A DNA stretch of 64,000 nucleotides from Octopus sinensis (lineage: Eukaryota), in the NCBI RefSeq assembly GCF_006345805.1, contig NW_021836130.1, forward strand, positions 186,001 to 250,000, in the 5' to 3' direction. The notes under the pieces were generated by a model. The model was not told the origin of the DNA. It was given only the letters and a program-made list of their open reading frames with translations, and ran no database searches. Both the position numbers and the translations under genes were made by a program. Positions 1 to 13,005 of this stretch are shown here, one piece after another. Every line of letters begins with the position of its first letter. Within the stretch, counting starts at the first letter, position 1.

Positions 1-215
1 TTATTGTTGATTTGATATTTTGTAAAACTTCAAACATATCGTTATCAGCTCAGAAATAATTTTCGAAATTTTGAACTCATTTAGTTAAAATGTTTAAAAT
101 CTCAGTACTTTTTTTAATTGATAACCTACGAAATTGACGTATAAATTAATGCTGTATCTAAATTTGTTGAAACAAGCAGAAGATACACACCAAATTTTCT
201 TGATTTAAATTCTTA

Positions 216-1310
216 TTTTTTTTTTTTTTTTTAACTTGAAACAAATTATTCTTAACGAAACAACAAAAAAACTATTATGAATGGCTCGCAAGATTGAAAG
301 AACAATTCCCGCGTAAAACAGCCAGCGAGATCCTCTGAATGAGGATAGGAATATAAAATTCCCTCGGATCTCTGGAGCGGTGGGTGCACAAGCGGCCAAG
401 TTTCTTGAGATGGGCAAGCGTCTTGGCCCCAAAAACACAGGAGGTTTCGACAGCAATTGCCCAAAAGCAAAATCGATCGAGTAAATCAACATATTTCGAT
501 AGTTTTGCAAATTCGGCCTTCTCGGCCGACGAGCCGGGACGACAAGCCGTAGCAATTAGGCACCCTTGGCGAAGGAGGTCGGAACAGGGACGTCCAAACG
601 AGCTGTTTCCCGGATTCAAAGCGAACAGCGTACAGCCGTCGGACGTTTGCATCATCAAGAACAAGGCCCGTCGGTTCCAGAATACAAGGGAAACCAGCTC
701 TTCCAGAGCTTTCTGAATTAGACTGTTGATTTCGGGTGTGTGCCGAGGAAATCGGCCGGCGCTCATTCGACAAGACAGAGGATGTAGCCCAAAGGCGTAA
801 ACTTTATCCCCACAACGACATGGATGAGGTCTGAAGACAGGGAGTCAAGGCGATTACAGATACCCAGACGGAGTGAATCCCTATCGAGGACAGTATCCAA
901 AAGCGGAGAAGGGAGAACATTCAGCCAGGAGCCTGAGTATGGCGACAGGCAGATCGGAAACAAGCCAGTCTGTGTTGGCGAGGAGTGGTTACAAGTCAGT
1001 AGAAGAACGACGGCAGAGAATTTTGTCCCAGTCTCGCTGAGAAGAGACATCGGAAGGGACCTCAGAGAAATTGCCTTTCCAAAAAGCGAGGGCTTGAATC
1101 AATATCAGAGTCCAACGATGATTCAGTAGGTTTTTTCCAGAATCTTTTGGACAAGAAGATATGATCCAGAAGCCGAAGAAAGAAAGGCAGGAAGAGCCAA
1201 ATCCGTACTAGAACGGAGGCCCAGACCCCCGGACTCACAGGAAGTTTAGCTTGACACCAGGCAATATCGTCGAAATGCACATTGAGATTTTCTCCGCAGA
1301 CCCCGCGAAC
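216..1310 (-). mobile_element. 5'-truncated, degenerate CRE-like non-LTR retrotransposon (restriction-like endonuclease end) with poly(A) tail
   Basis: Minus-strand frames give SAGRFPRH..INSLIQKAL, FPCILEPTGL, DG.TL, GKQLVW, AEFAKLSKY, AIAVET and QRISLAVLRGN, typical of the CRE-clade RLE domain. T-run at 216-232 is the poly(A) tail. Several frameshifts. Confidence 0.75.
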
Positions 1311-1828
1311 AAGGAATAATAAGATTCAGCATTGGGTTGCATAAAAAAAAGGTGAGCTCTCAGGATAAACAATTTTTGGGATCAAAAAAAAAATGAAAAA
1401 CGCATTATATGACGGAGTATAAAATGTCAATCTATCAAGGAACTAATTTTTTCAATTAATGCAATGGAAGATGGCATTTTTCAGCATTCTCCAGAGATAT
1501 TAAATGAATTTTATAATTTTAAGAAGTTGACAATGGATCGATTAATTCAAAAGTACAAATTCGGAGCGAAAATAACGGATCATTTCCCGACAAGTAAAAA
1601 CTAAAATTGTTAATGAAATAAGAATAAACATCTTTGATTTTAAATTAACAAACGTTAGTTTTTTTCGTTAATATTAGAAACCCCTCTATCTGGGGAAACC
1701 CCTGTTTTTGGGGCACTAGGTGCCCAAAAAAAAGTGCCCTCAAAAAAGGTTTAGACTGTATATAATAGGTGTTAGGCCATTGCCACATACTAAAAAAGTG
1801 AAAAATGTTATAAATAAATAAAAAAGAA

Positions 1829-2333
1829 TTATATAGTTCTGGTGGAGGTTGCTGATTTTTCTTAATTTTTGAGTGAGCCATCAAATTCCTTATGTCGAGA
1901 AGGACGTCCTTAATCCCACACTTCTGTTCCAATTCCTCAAGGTGGGGACCTCACTAGTAATAACCTGACTAATATAATCAGTTCTAACTTCCCCCGTCTC
2001 ATCCTTACACATTTCAAATTGATTTTGTACGGAATTTGACCAGAGGCGGTTTCTGAGGGTATTTAGACCCACATTCGATGGCCAGGGAGTACGTGTTGTC
2101 CTCGTAGGCAGACTTGGGAGTCCAATAAGTAGGAAAAACCTTGAAAGGGCCCATGATGATCCCATTCCAGTGGGTCAGGGTCGTGTCAGAACTGTCACAA
2201 AGTCCCCAACTAATTGTCCCATCTCCAAAACCTTTTTCAGAAAGTTCAAGTTCGTCCAAAAGCTTAAAGTTCCGAGGTACCTCTGAGGAATATCAGCATT
2301 AGGACTACCAATTGTGCCAAGATTTGATCTCAT
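1829..2333 (-). CDS. UBE2V: Ubiquitin-conjugating enzyme E2 variant (UEV1/MMS2), 3 micro-introns
   Basis: [56 protein letters not shown] introns of 26, 27 and 24 nt. Apparent single-base deletions near 2000-2030; 3' end approximate. Confidence 0.9.
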
Positions 2334-2403
2334 ATGAGACAATGAGAACGTACCAACAAGAAACAAATTATTTATACAATTTATTATAAATTAAAAAGTA
2401 TAT

Positions 2404-3249
2404 TTAAATTAAAGAATATTTAATCCAAAAATCATCTTTAATTATATCACAATTAAGTTCCACAATATTATCCCCATCTTTAACCAAGACAGTCCCCTTC
2501 CTATACAAGAGTGGCACATCGTTGTAGTTAATCCCAAAATCCGTGAACAAAATCTCATTCTTATCCCTGGCCAATGTCCCCTACAACTTAAAAATGTCCC
2601 CCCACTCGAAGGACCTCTTCACTCTCCCTTCTACTTTTCCCGCCTTGTTGAACCAAGGCCCAGAAGGCAGTGTTATATAAATTATTAATGTGGCCTAACA
2701 GTCAGTATATAACACAACAGTCGGCCTGCCTCCAGGAAAGTAGTCCCGCACATTGGCACACGTGGGCAGGCAGATCAGGCGGACAGTCGAAGACGGGGGG
2801 ACGAAGGAGGGTCGCCACCCCGAAATATTCAGGCCAGTGGAAAGACGTAGGCCGAACTGAGTGCACTTACCAATAGAAATAATTTTACTATTTTTTAATA
2901 TTATTTTACTATTTTTTAAATAAATAAATATATAATAAAAAACCATTTTCTTCGCTGGAAAAGCTGGCAATTTCGGTTGAAGAGAAAACTGAATTCGTCG
3001 CTCTGTCCATAGGCAAGGACAATATCTTTGAAGAGGTCGAAGAGGGAGGCTGAGGCACGTGACAATAGGGCGAGGGCACGTGGGTCGTTGGGCTTCTGGA
3101 AGTTGTGGTCTTCGGAAAATCTGTTTTTTATATGTTTTTGAGGACCTGTGGAAGGACTTGCCGTCTATTCGGGCTACTATGTAGGTGTTGTATAGACATT
3201 TGGGATCTTCTTCGAATTTTTTAACATATTCATATTTGGAACCAGCCAT
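2404..3249 (-). CDS. THG1L: tRNA-His guanylyltransferase Thg1
   Basis: [27 protein letters not shown]-terminus; [10 protein letters not shown] in an alternative frame; C-terminal [17 protein letters not shown]. Split by micro-introns. Confidence 0.9.
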
Positions 3250-3308
3250 GCACCACAAGAACTTGAAAATTTAAATTTTGAAAATGTAATAAAATATTTA
3301 AATTTGTT
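3250..3308. promoter_or_regulatory. Candidate ultra-short bidirectional promoter between THG1L and MTRFR
   Basis: Head-to-head start codons only 59 bp apart; AT-rich core flanked by TTCTTGTGG (minus strand) and TTGTT (plus strand). Confidence 0.6.
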
Positions 3309-3757
3309 ATGTTGTGTGCACGGCATTTATTATCTAACAATTTTATAATTTCCCTCAATAAAATAGCACAAAAATCAAAAATTAAATATCCATTAATCAA
3401 AGATAATGAAATTGAAATTAAAAAAATAAAAAGTTCTGGTCCTGGAGGACAGAACGTAAACCGACGGAACACCTGCTGTTTTATCAAGCACAAGGACACC
3501 GGAATCACAACCAAGGTTTATATTTATACCAAAAAACTCGTTATAGTGTCAAATATCGAGAAGTGCTTCTTTGAATTTAAAACAGGCCAAATATTTGTTG
3601 GCTGAAAAGTTGGATAATTTAAAAAATGGCCCTCAAAGTCTCAAAAATATCGAATATTTTGAAAAAATTGAATTTAAAAAGACTTAAGAAAGAGCGTAGT
3701 CATGAGAGAAGAACGCTTTTAAAGTCATACAAGACACTTATTGACAACCCAAGCTGA
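3309..3757 (+). CDS. MTRFR: Mitochondrial class-I release-factor-like rescue protein (C12orf65/MTRFR type)
   Basis: IKSSGPGGQNVN..CFIKHKDTGITTK, a 31-nt intron, then CQISRSASLN..A..LLAEKLD and a basic C-terminal tail. One apparent frameshift in an A-run near 3680. Confidence 0.8.
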
Positions 3758-3959
3758 ATGACGTCACTAGAATGTTCTAGAACTTTTCATAAGTGGTTAA
3801 CCAAACAATTATTTGTTTATTAAATAATGAATAAGTAAAACCATAAAAATACTTAGTCCAATGGGAACCCAGGTTTAATGACGTCACTGGAATGTTCTAG
3901 AACCACCAGTGAATGTTGAAAAATTTATTAAAGTTAAAAGTAATTTTGTGGTTAATATA

Positions 3960-4598
3960 AACAAAAACATTGAAATTAACCTGATTTTTTTAGCGTGGTT
4001 TATGATCTATTTATGGTTTCAAGAATCTTCGTTTACTAAATTAATTGGCTCAAATAATGAAATAAAGGCCAATTTGTCATATAATTTTGGGAAACAATTC
4101 TTTCTCTACTTATGCACCACAAAGAGTCTGTATGCTTAGAAAATTGTTGCTCAGATGAATATTTTAAATTAAAATAACGAAATTCACATCCAAAGCTTTA
4201 ATGGTTTAATCCAAGATAAATCGAGATTAGAAGCATCTGTAATTTATAATTTGTATCAATTAGTCTCAATAATTATTGCAAAAAGCTTGCACATAATTTT
4301 GGGGAAAGTTAATTAAACCGGCGGCTAATTACTTCTTAATTTTTAGGTGTCAGATGGCGAAGAAGTCCCCATTTTGAGTAAAACTGCATTGGAATTAATA
4401 CTTGCATTCCCAACTACTTATCACTGTGAAGTGTCCTGTCTGACTTTTCTAAAATGATATGCGAGATAGTTGTCGACATAGAGCCTGACATAAGTAAAAT
4501 TATTCACAACAAACAAGATCAGAAATCTCACTGAACTATTTTGATAATTTTCATGTTATTTTTATAATAAATATTCGAACATGTCTAAACCTCCCCTG
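3960..4598 (+). mobile_element. hAT (Buster/Charlie-like) transposase 3' remnant with probable terminal repeat
   Basis: LILAFPTTYHCEVS and DIEPDISKIIHNKQDQKSH* match the hAT C-terminal dimerisation region. Ends in ...CTCCCCTG (CAGGGG-type terminus). Confidence 0.6.
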
Positions 4599-4646
4599 AC
4601 GAGCCTAACCAAACAATTATTTGTTTATTAAAAAATAATAAAAGGA

Positions 4647-5657
4647 TTAATTTATAAATTCCAATCCCTCATACTTCGAATCAGCAAATTTAGTCTCTTG
4701 GTGCAAAATATTTCCCACCAAGTCAAAAATAAGAAAATACGAAGCCAAAACTCCCGCCATTTCCTCAGTCTTGACAGCCATAATAACCCTGTCCTCAGAA
4801 TCCGGCAGAAAACGGAAAGCAGAGAAGCCCCTCGTGCGACACAAATCCCCCACAATCACCACATCAACCCTCTCAAAGTCCTCATCCGCAATCAACAAAT
4901 AATTCCCGCCATTCGATGCTTCTCCCCCCTGCAAATACCCCTCCATACTCACAGCACGTGGCAGAAAAAACCAGTGATTGTGCACTTTACTCCACACAAC
5001 TGCCTCGTGAATCACAAACCCAGGATGTTCAATCAAAAGGCGGAACTCAAAGCCAAATATTTTTCCCGCCAATCGACGTGGTGCACTTGTCCATTTTTAT
5101 TAACAATTTTAATCCACATTGGGAACGAATTTAAAATGTCCCTGTCGAGTCAGTGAAGACCTTTCCGTACCCACCGACGTAGAGGAGCCCGTTTTTGACA
5201 GTGGACCACTCCCCCTTGAAGGCTGTGGATAAGCCATAGGGGACTTACGGGCAGGGGAAGACCCGTCTCCGTCAGTCAGTTTGACCCAGACAGCCACAGT
5301 GCTATTTTCGGGGAAGATTTGGTAGATAATTCCTGTCTTGTCGTCGATGGCCAGGAGTTTTCCGTGGAAGGTGATCAGGTCGGAAAGTTCCATTCCACGG
5401 TTTCTGTGGAGGATTTTTGAACATAGTTTTTGTGGGGAATTTTTAAAGTTGATTGAAAAAAGTTGGGATTTTGTATCCCAGATTAATATTCCTTCGAGGA
5501 ATTCGCTGCATGCAGACTGGCCTGGAAGGATTTGGATGTCTCTGTCAGAAACCATGGCTAGTTTTATACGAATTCGACGTTTGTAGGGGATATTGGTCCA
5601 TAGTTTGTATAATATTAAAGAAATAAGTACTATAAAGAGCATCAATAGGTTCCTCAT
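4647..5657 (-). CDS. CANT1: Soluble calcium-activated nucleotidase / apyrase
   Basis: N-terminal hydrophobic anchor; RGMELSDL..F.GKLL..DDKTGIIY; PGFVIHEAVVWS..HWFFLPR; TRGFSAFRFLP..AVKTEE; KYEGLEFI. Confidence 0.9.
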
Positions 5658-7329
5658 TTGATGGTACACAAGAACATTATTTTTAAATTATTTATTTAAT
5701 AATATATATTTGTTAAAAATAATAATTTAAAATTATTAAGAAATATTGAAACATGAAATATTTTAAATTTTAAAATTATGACGGCCATGGGTGGATTCCA
5801 CCAGACTGTTGGCTTAGAGATAAATTAGAATTTATTTTGAGCCATAAATAATATGAAGTCTTATTTGTCATTTTAAACATAAGTGAAGATCCACAAGAAT
5901 ATATTTAATTTTGAATACATAGGTTTGCCACATTAATAAGTAAAAACCAGCGATCCATTTAAAACAAATATTACAAATATTATCAAAAAACAACATATAG
6001 CAATAACAAACAATAAATTTTTAAAAAAACGTCGACAACCGGTATAGGCAAAAAAGTCAATTACAGGTGATGAGATTGTATACTTCATGCATAAAAATCA
6101 TCTTTTAAACTTCTTTATTAGACAAAGAAATAACAATTTGAATAACAGAAAGAATATTTGAGAATTCATGACTAAAAATCAACGTTGGTACAGAAGGTCG
6201 TTTCGTGTGTTGGCACGTGTAGGAATATAACTCTTTTCTGTTTGTCCTACGGAATGTGCTAAAATAATAATAATCATATCGGATAGAACAAATACAACAT
6301 GGTCATGTCTATTTAAAATAATACTTTATGTTTTTTTCGGTTTTATTCCACAATTGATAAATTCATAATCAAATAACAACGTCAGGAAGTAAGCGGCCAA
6401 GCTCGATCTGCGAGCGCATTTTATGTTTATTGTATAATTCGAGAAGTGAAGGATAGCTAATAGTTCCCACAGAATCACCACTGATCCTCAGGAACAGTCA
6501 TGACGTCTTTTTCTTTCCGAGTGTAGGTAGTCAATCAAGGATATTTGATTTCTTGGCAAACACAAACAAAGTGAATATATCTCACTATCTTATTTAGATA
6601 AAAGGCAGTTGAGTGTGAGTAGGCAAAGTGGGAGATAGAATATAAAGAGAGAAGCGTAAACAACATTGATATGATTTATTGGGCTAATTGAAAATTCCAG
6701 ACTATCCATTAGAAAACAGGGACAAACGCACCAATCAGTTTCTCATTCAGAAAATAATCAAATGAGACATAGAGTTAGCCACGATAATCTTAGGTGATTT
6801 TAGAATTTGATCGAAAGGCAAAGTATAGAAAAAAACTTCAAGAGTTGGGGATTCCGAGAACAACTTTGGGTTGGCGGTAAGCACACAGAAAGAACGGGAG
6901 ACCGGCGAACCCAATTTCAGAGGGATCTAGTAAAAAAGGTAAAAATATCATCCGAAAAAGACTTAAATTATTACTTTCTGAAGAAAATAAATTATAAATT
7001 ATAATTTTACTTTAAATTATTATTAGAAATGTTAAAACAGAAATTATTTAAATTTAGTTATATCATAATCTATTTAAATAACTGTAAATATAATGGCAAA
7101 CCAAATATGTTATAATATTATATTTTGTACTATTGTTACTATCGACATCGTTAATAAAGTAATTAGTTATTCCAATTTTAAATGGCATATATTTTGAGCA
7201 TCATTTTTCACCCTTTGAAAATGATGAACAGAAATCAATTATTTTGATATAATTATTGTTTCTCTTAAACCACAAATATTTGAATTTACTGGGGCTCCCA
7301 TTGTACTTTAGAAATAATTAATAACCAAA

Positions 7330-10300
7330 ATGGAAACCAAAAATGAAAATCCCCAAAACAAAACGAACCTTCATCTCGACAGTCTTATCGAAGAATATTC
7401 AAAATTGTGCAAATCTCATGCAGCAGAACGAGACACGTGGATGCAAGAACTTTCAAAATTATCTGACGAAAGTTCTAGAAAACAGTAAAAATTAAATCAG
7501 TGTTTATTTTAGGCAAGAACTTAATGAATTAGAACTGAAATGTACTTGTTTGAATATGCTGGAAGAATCACTAGAAAAAACAAAACAAGAATTGTCCCAA
7601 AGAGATTTCGCGTTTAGAGACCAACGAGAAAATTTTTGAGTCTACAAAAAGTATTTTAATAAAAAATACAAGAATTTTACAATTGGAAATGAAGATACGG
7701 TTGCCTTTCTACAGGAAGAAAACACAATTTTACTTCAAGAACAAACAAACATGAAATCACAACTCGAAAACAAGGACCGAGAAATAAATTCACTTCGCAT
7801 ACAAGTTGAGACTGTTTTTTAATCAACAAACATGATAGATTGCTAAAAACGAACAAAAAATCAAAGAATTAGAAGCTTTAAATCAGAAATATATCCACGA
7901 TTACGAATTTATGTATTCCACATCTAAAAACTATTCCAACGCTCTCGAGAACTTGCAGGACTCAAAAATTGCTCTTTACACTACGCTCTCTCCACTGTTT
8001 GCAACTGCAGACGACAATCGTCTGGAGACCTCCGAAAACTTGGTTAGACAACAAAAATCTGATTCGGACGTAAAAATAAACATTGATAACCGTTTGATTG
8101 ATTATAAAACAACTTTATTTAGACACGAGTTTATCTGAGGATGAGAACTTGGAAAATCAAAAAATAGAAGAAATCGATTTTCCAATCAAGTTTAAACATG
8201 GACTTAAAAAATCGATTTTAGAGATTTCGAGAAATTTGAACAACCTGAACATGAGATGTCCTATCAGTCCGAACCTGTATTTTACATAGCTCTTAAAATC
8301 TTTAGTGCACTGCAGAAGGTGTTCCTGGAATTGTTATTGAATGTGAGTTGGACAGTTTGGGTGAACTTGGTCCTGAAAATATAGGAGAGACTTTCGAAAA
8401 CTTGAAACCAGAAGTTTGAATCGTCAAATGTTATGATTTTCAGAATTCTGGAATCAGAAAGGCTAAAAAAGTGACATTTGATTCAGAATCTACGGACGAC
8501 GAGACTGTCCGACTCGAGGCGGTCATCCGGGGCAAGGATATGGTCAATGACGCTTTAAAAACACAAATTCGAGAATTGGAAAAAAAATTATCAAAATCCC
8601 GAAAGACAAACAGAAATACAAAATGTAATATTGTTGTATTAAAAAAAAGAATTTCGACAATTTTTCGGACCAAGTTATGACTGAAGAAATACAAACCGCA
8701 AATAAACCAGAAAAAGACTATTTCAACGTTGAAAATGAAATCAATGAAGAATTCATTCTTCAAGCCAACAACCAAGAAATTATTTCTTCTGAAGAACATC
8801 AAGAATTGGTAGATGACCTGTCTAATCGACTGTATTTAACTCAAATGGAACTCCAAGTATGTCTAGATATATAATTGGTAGAATTTGAAAGACGACTATG
8901 CCGACGCTTTGTATATGATTTCTGATTTGAATGCTCAAACTGAAATCTCAGAGTCTAATTGGCAGGCAAGAATGACAGATTTGAAGGAAAATATGCTTTT
9001 TTATGAACAGGAGATTAATGTAAAATAAAAACTAATATTTTTAGAATCTGAAGGATTGTATTCAAAAAAATAATGATATATATAATGACAAAATTAACGA
9101 AAAAGAACAAGAAATCAAGTAAAATTATACTTTGTGTGATTATTAAGAATATTCTTGAACAATGTTCAATCCTTAAAAGAGAATTAAACGAATTGATAGA
9201 AAGAAACAAATTTGAGAACGAGGAGATTGCGAATGAAAAGGACTCCCAGATTAGAGTAGACAATTGAATCAAATTTAGGAATTGCAAACCGCTTTTTCCA
9301 GCGCAAAAGAAATCACAGAAAAATTGGAAATAGAAAAGATGAAAATCAAGTAAAATAACAAAGCTTATTTTATTAGAAACTAAAGTATCATATTGACGCA
9401 ATCATGACAGATTACAACAACGTCAAAATTCTAAACGAATCTCTTAGTTGTGAAGTAATGAACTTGAAACAAGAACTCAACAACAGGACTGAGAAACTTG
9501 AAGTACTTCATTTTTACTATTTTTCAAGGAATTACAAAAATTGGAAAATTCTTATATGAGAACAAATAAAGAGGAGTTGAATTTGGGTATTCGTAGGTTT
9601 ATTGGATTTTAGACTGCCAGGAATTTAACGGACAGTTGGACGGGCTAATCGTGTCTCAGAGGGAAATGAAGAACGAGTTAGTTGACTTAAAAAACAAATT
9701 AAAGTTCAAAAATGAAGAAATATATGTATTTTTTGTATAGAAACTGAATTTTAGGATTTATGTCAAATGTCAGGATTTTTAGACAGCGAATCTGAAAAAC
9801 TTGCCAAATCAAGGAGCCTTCTTCAGGAAGAAATAATCAAAGTTCAAAATGAAATCGAAAACAGCCAAACTCGATTTGAAATAACCAGAAAAGATTTTAC
9901 AAGCGCAGGAGAAACAAATACAACTTTGAAAACGAACCATCTCTCCAAGCAAATTTTGTAAACGAAACACCCTGTAAAGAAGCGATTCGCAATCAGGACT
10001 ATTTGGTGAGTTTTTTGTGAGGTTGAGATGTTAGAACGTCTCAAATGAGCTGAACTTGGCTAAAAACGAATTGAAAATATTGAAGGGAGAGGTTGATTCA
10101 CAAGAATTAAAATGTGGCAAATATGAGATTATTTTGAAAGAAAAAGAAGCAAAAATAATCGTTTTTTATTTAATAATAGTTTTAAAGGCTTTGGAAATGA
10201 AATATCTCGTATGGGCGAAAAACTAAAAGCCGAGACAAAACTCAAAGTACTGGAATCGGAAAAATTAAATCGTAAAAGTAATCAAAATGAAGTAGAAGTT

Positions 10301-11625
10301 TTTATTTTTATTATTTAAGGATTTGCAAAAATACTTGAAAGTACTCATGAAAGATTCTGATAACCTAAAAATGTCTTTGGAATCTAAAAATTATGAGATC
10401 AAAAATTTGGAATCAGAATTGGAAGAGAAAAACAAGAAAATGAAAGTAATTTTAGTTATTTTTATTTAAAGGAGTTTGACACCCTCAAAGCCTCTAATTA
10501 CATGTTGGAGGAAGAAAAGTGTCGCCTTCAAACCAGTAAAAATAAAAATTTATTTTATTAAGCTTGCGATAACTTTAGCAGTCAACTGGATGGACTCATA
10601 TCTTCCCACAAAACAATGAAATTAGAGTTGATTAGCTTAAAAAATGAACTCAACACAAAAAACGAGGAAATATATGTACAAAACGCTATAAAAATGTTTT
10701 AGAATTTATGCCAAATGTCAGGACTTTTGAATGACGAATCCGACAAGTTGACCACCTCAAAGGATCTCCTCAAGGACGAACTGGTTAAAGTCAGACAGGA
10801 AATTGAACTTAGCCGATTCCGTGGAAATAAAGAAATTCCAGAAGAAATAAACACGGATTTGACATTTGATCAAAATTTGGGTAGTTTTTTGTTTATCTTA
10901 TGTTAGAAAATAATTGGTCAGCTTCAAAACCGCCCTTCCAAGCAATGTGGCTAAAGGACGAGAGCAGTGCTGTAATCAAGTATTTGGATGTTATATCTAA
11001 GTTGGAAGGGGACAACGAGGTTTGTTTTAAGTTGCTTGTTGTAGAAATTGAGATTTGATATTGAAAATGCGACTAATCAACATAAGGCATCTAGTTTTGT
11101 TGATTTTTTGTAGAAAAATGTTGATAATTTGAATAATCAAGTGCAAGATCTACAAAATATTGTGAAAAATAAAGAAAAGGAGGTCGAATTATTATCGAAA
11201 CGTCAAAAAGAAACAGAATCGAGTGAAATGATTAGCATGAAGGGAGACGATCAGTCCATAATCGACAAGATTCTGAATCAGTCGACAGAATTTTTGAAGG
11301 GAAGTAAAAGGGTTTGGGCAGGGATTTGATTTTTTAGGAATCATTGGCAGGAAGTATTGGAATTTCACTTAATGAAGTTTTAATTTATCATATATAATTT
11401 TAGGGCAGTTTAAATAAAAAATTAAATATCTCTTTGGATAAGCCAATTATCATGGCTAGCTTAAATGATGGTGGTAAACCTAAATCAAATGTGGCGGGAA
11501 AACAAAAAACTGGAAGCAACTTTGCTTATTCTACGAGGTATGTCTTTTTTATGTTTACTGATCAGTTTTTAAGAGAATTTACTAATTTAATTTCAGTTTG
11601 TTTGGCTAATACAAAAATTTTGTAA
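7330..11625 (+). CDS. Long multi-exon coiled-coil protein, function unknown
   Basis: Chain of E/K/L/N-rich heptad-like exons separated by ~25-33 nt GT-AG introns from ATG 7330. Contains an internal duplicated exon block. No recognisable domain; 3' end uncertain. Confidence 0.65.
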
Positions 11626-12059
11626 TAATATTGAATTCAGAATTTATATTTTATTTAGACAGATATTTAATAAATATAATAAATTAAATAAGACGCGTGA
11701 TATTGGTGATCTTTCTGGTACATCGTTGAGTTAAAATTCCAGATTCCCTCCAATAATTTTTTTTCCATTTGAAACAAAATAATTTACGTGACCCGGATTT
11801 GAATCAGATGCATTGTCTTTACATAATTTCTCATTATATTCAGATAAACATGTGTTTGTAAATGTACTATTTGATAAAATGTTAAATCGCATTGACTCGA
11901 ATCAAACTCAAACTGTTATTATTCAATTATACCTCATTCCTTATTTCACAATCATATTTTTGTGTACTCTCATTTTTTTATTTATTCTTTTAAAATAAGA
12001 TGAATTCATGCCTATTATTATAACACATTCCGTAGGAACATAAACAAAGTTATAATCCC

Positions 12060-12660
12060 ACACGTGTCACAAGCGAAACAATCTTTTGGACCATCCTCGT
12101 CCATGCCTTTCTGTTGCGGGCGAGATCCTGCAAAGATTCTAGGTCGTCCCAAACTCGGCTCCCTAGTTGGAGATAGTGAAGACATTTCTTGCAGAAAGAT
12201 GCTTGCTACCGCGGCTCTGAGCAGAATACGTAAAAAATGGCCCTCAGATCAAAGCTTTATAATGCATTCGTAAAGCCTGTTCTACTATACAACTCGTCAA
12301 CATGGGGGATCTCGGAGACTGAACTGAAGACTATAGGCTCTTTTCACCGTAAACAACTACGTCTCTTACACGGAATATACTGGCCATCAAAAATTAACAA
12401 TCTATCTCTGTATAAACATTACGATGCTACCCCGTTGTCTCAAGAAATTGTTGGAGGCCGGTGGAAATTATTTGGCCATATTTTGCGAATGGACCCCAGA
12501 GCTCCGGCCAATCGGGCAATGGACGATTATTTCTCCGAACATGGAGACAAATATCGTGGAAGACCTAGATCCACTCTTCCGGCAATTCTGGAAAGGGATC
12601 TCAAACTTCATGGCAAAAGTTTCAAAAACTGGGACGACCTAGAATTCATGCCTAGGGGAG
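12060..12660 (+). mobile_element. RTE-like non-LTR retrotransposon 3' remnant
   Basis: KLYNAFVKPVLLYNSSTW..FHRKQLR..RWKLFGHILRM..YRGRPR, the RT C-terminal region of RTE-type elements. Confidence 0.7.
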
Positions 12661-12739
12661 TAAAATCAGAAATTTTATTATTCGTTTCTAAAAATAAATA
12701 CATCATTTTACTTTCAAGTTCATCTTCTACAAACGAGAC

Positions 12740-13005
12740 CTCATATTTTAATCTAAATTATAAATGAGCTTATAACTTGTATTTCATGAATCACACTGTT
12801 AATTCCAGAAATAATCCCAAACTTTTTGAAAAGGGTCTCATTGATCGCCGAGTAATGTGTCGTATTATAGGAAAAAGTAACTTTGTCTAAAAATTGTTGC
12901 CAATTTTTAGTTCTTTTTTTATCCAATAGTTTTGGCATAGCTCGTGTCAATGTTTGATTAAAGCGTTCAATTAAACCCTGATTTATTTCAAATTTTATAA
13001 AATTG
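12740..13005 (-). mobile_element. Integrase C-terminal fragment (Ginger/retroviral-type)
   Basis: NQGLIERFNQTL..NWQQFLDKVTFSYNTTHYSAI. Confidence 0.6.

Noticed and set aside
1680-1760. Small pogo-like MITE end (…GACTGTA), similar to 61514-61590
   Set aside because: Only one terminus is evident and no TSD pair was found; insufficient for a feature call.
5779-5820. tRNA-like 3' fragment on the minus strand (GGAATCCACCCATGGCCGTCA)
   Set aside because: No complete cloverleaf or A-box could be traced.
11787-11806. B-box/tRNA-His-like fragment (reverse complement GATTCAAATCCGGGTCACG)
   Set aside because: Only ~20 nt match; no acceptor, D or anticodon arms.
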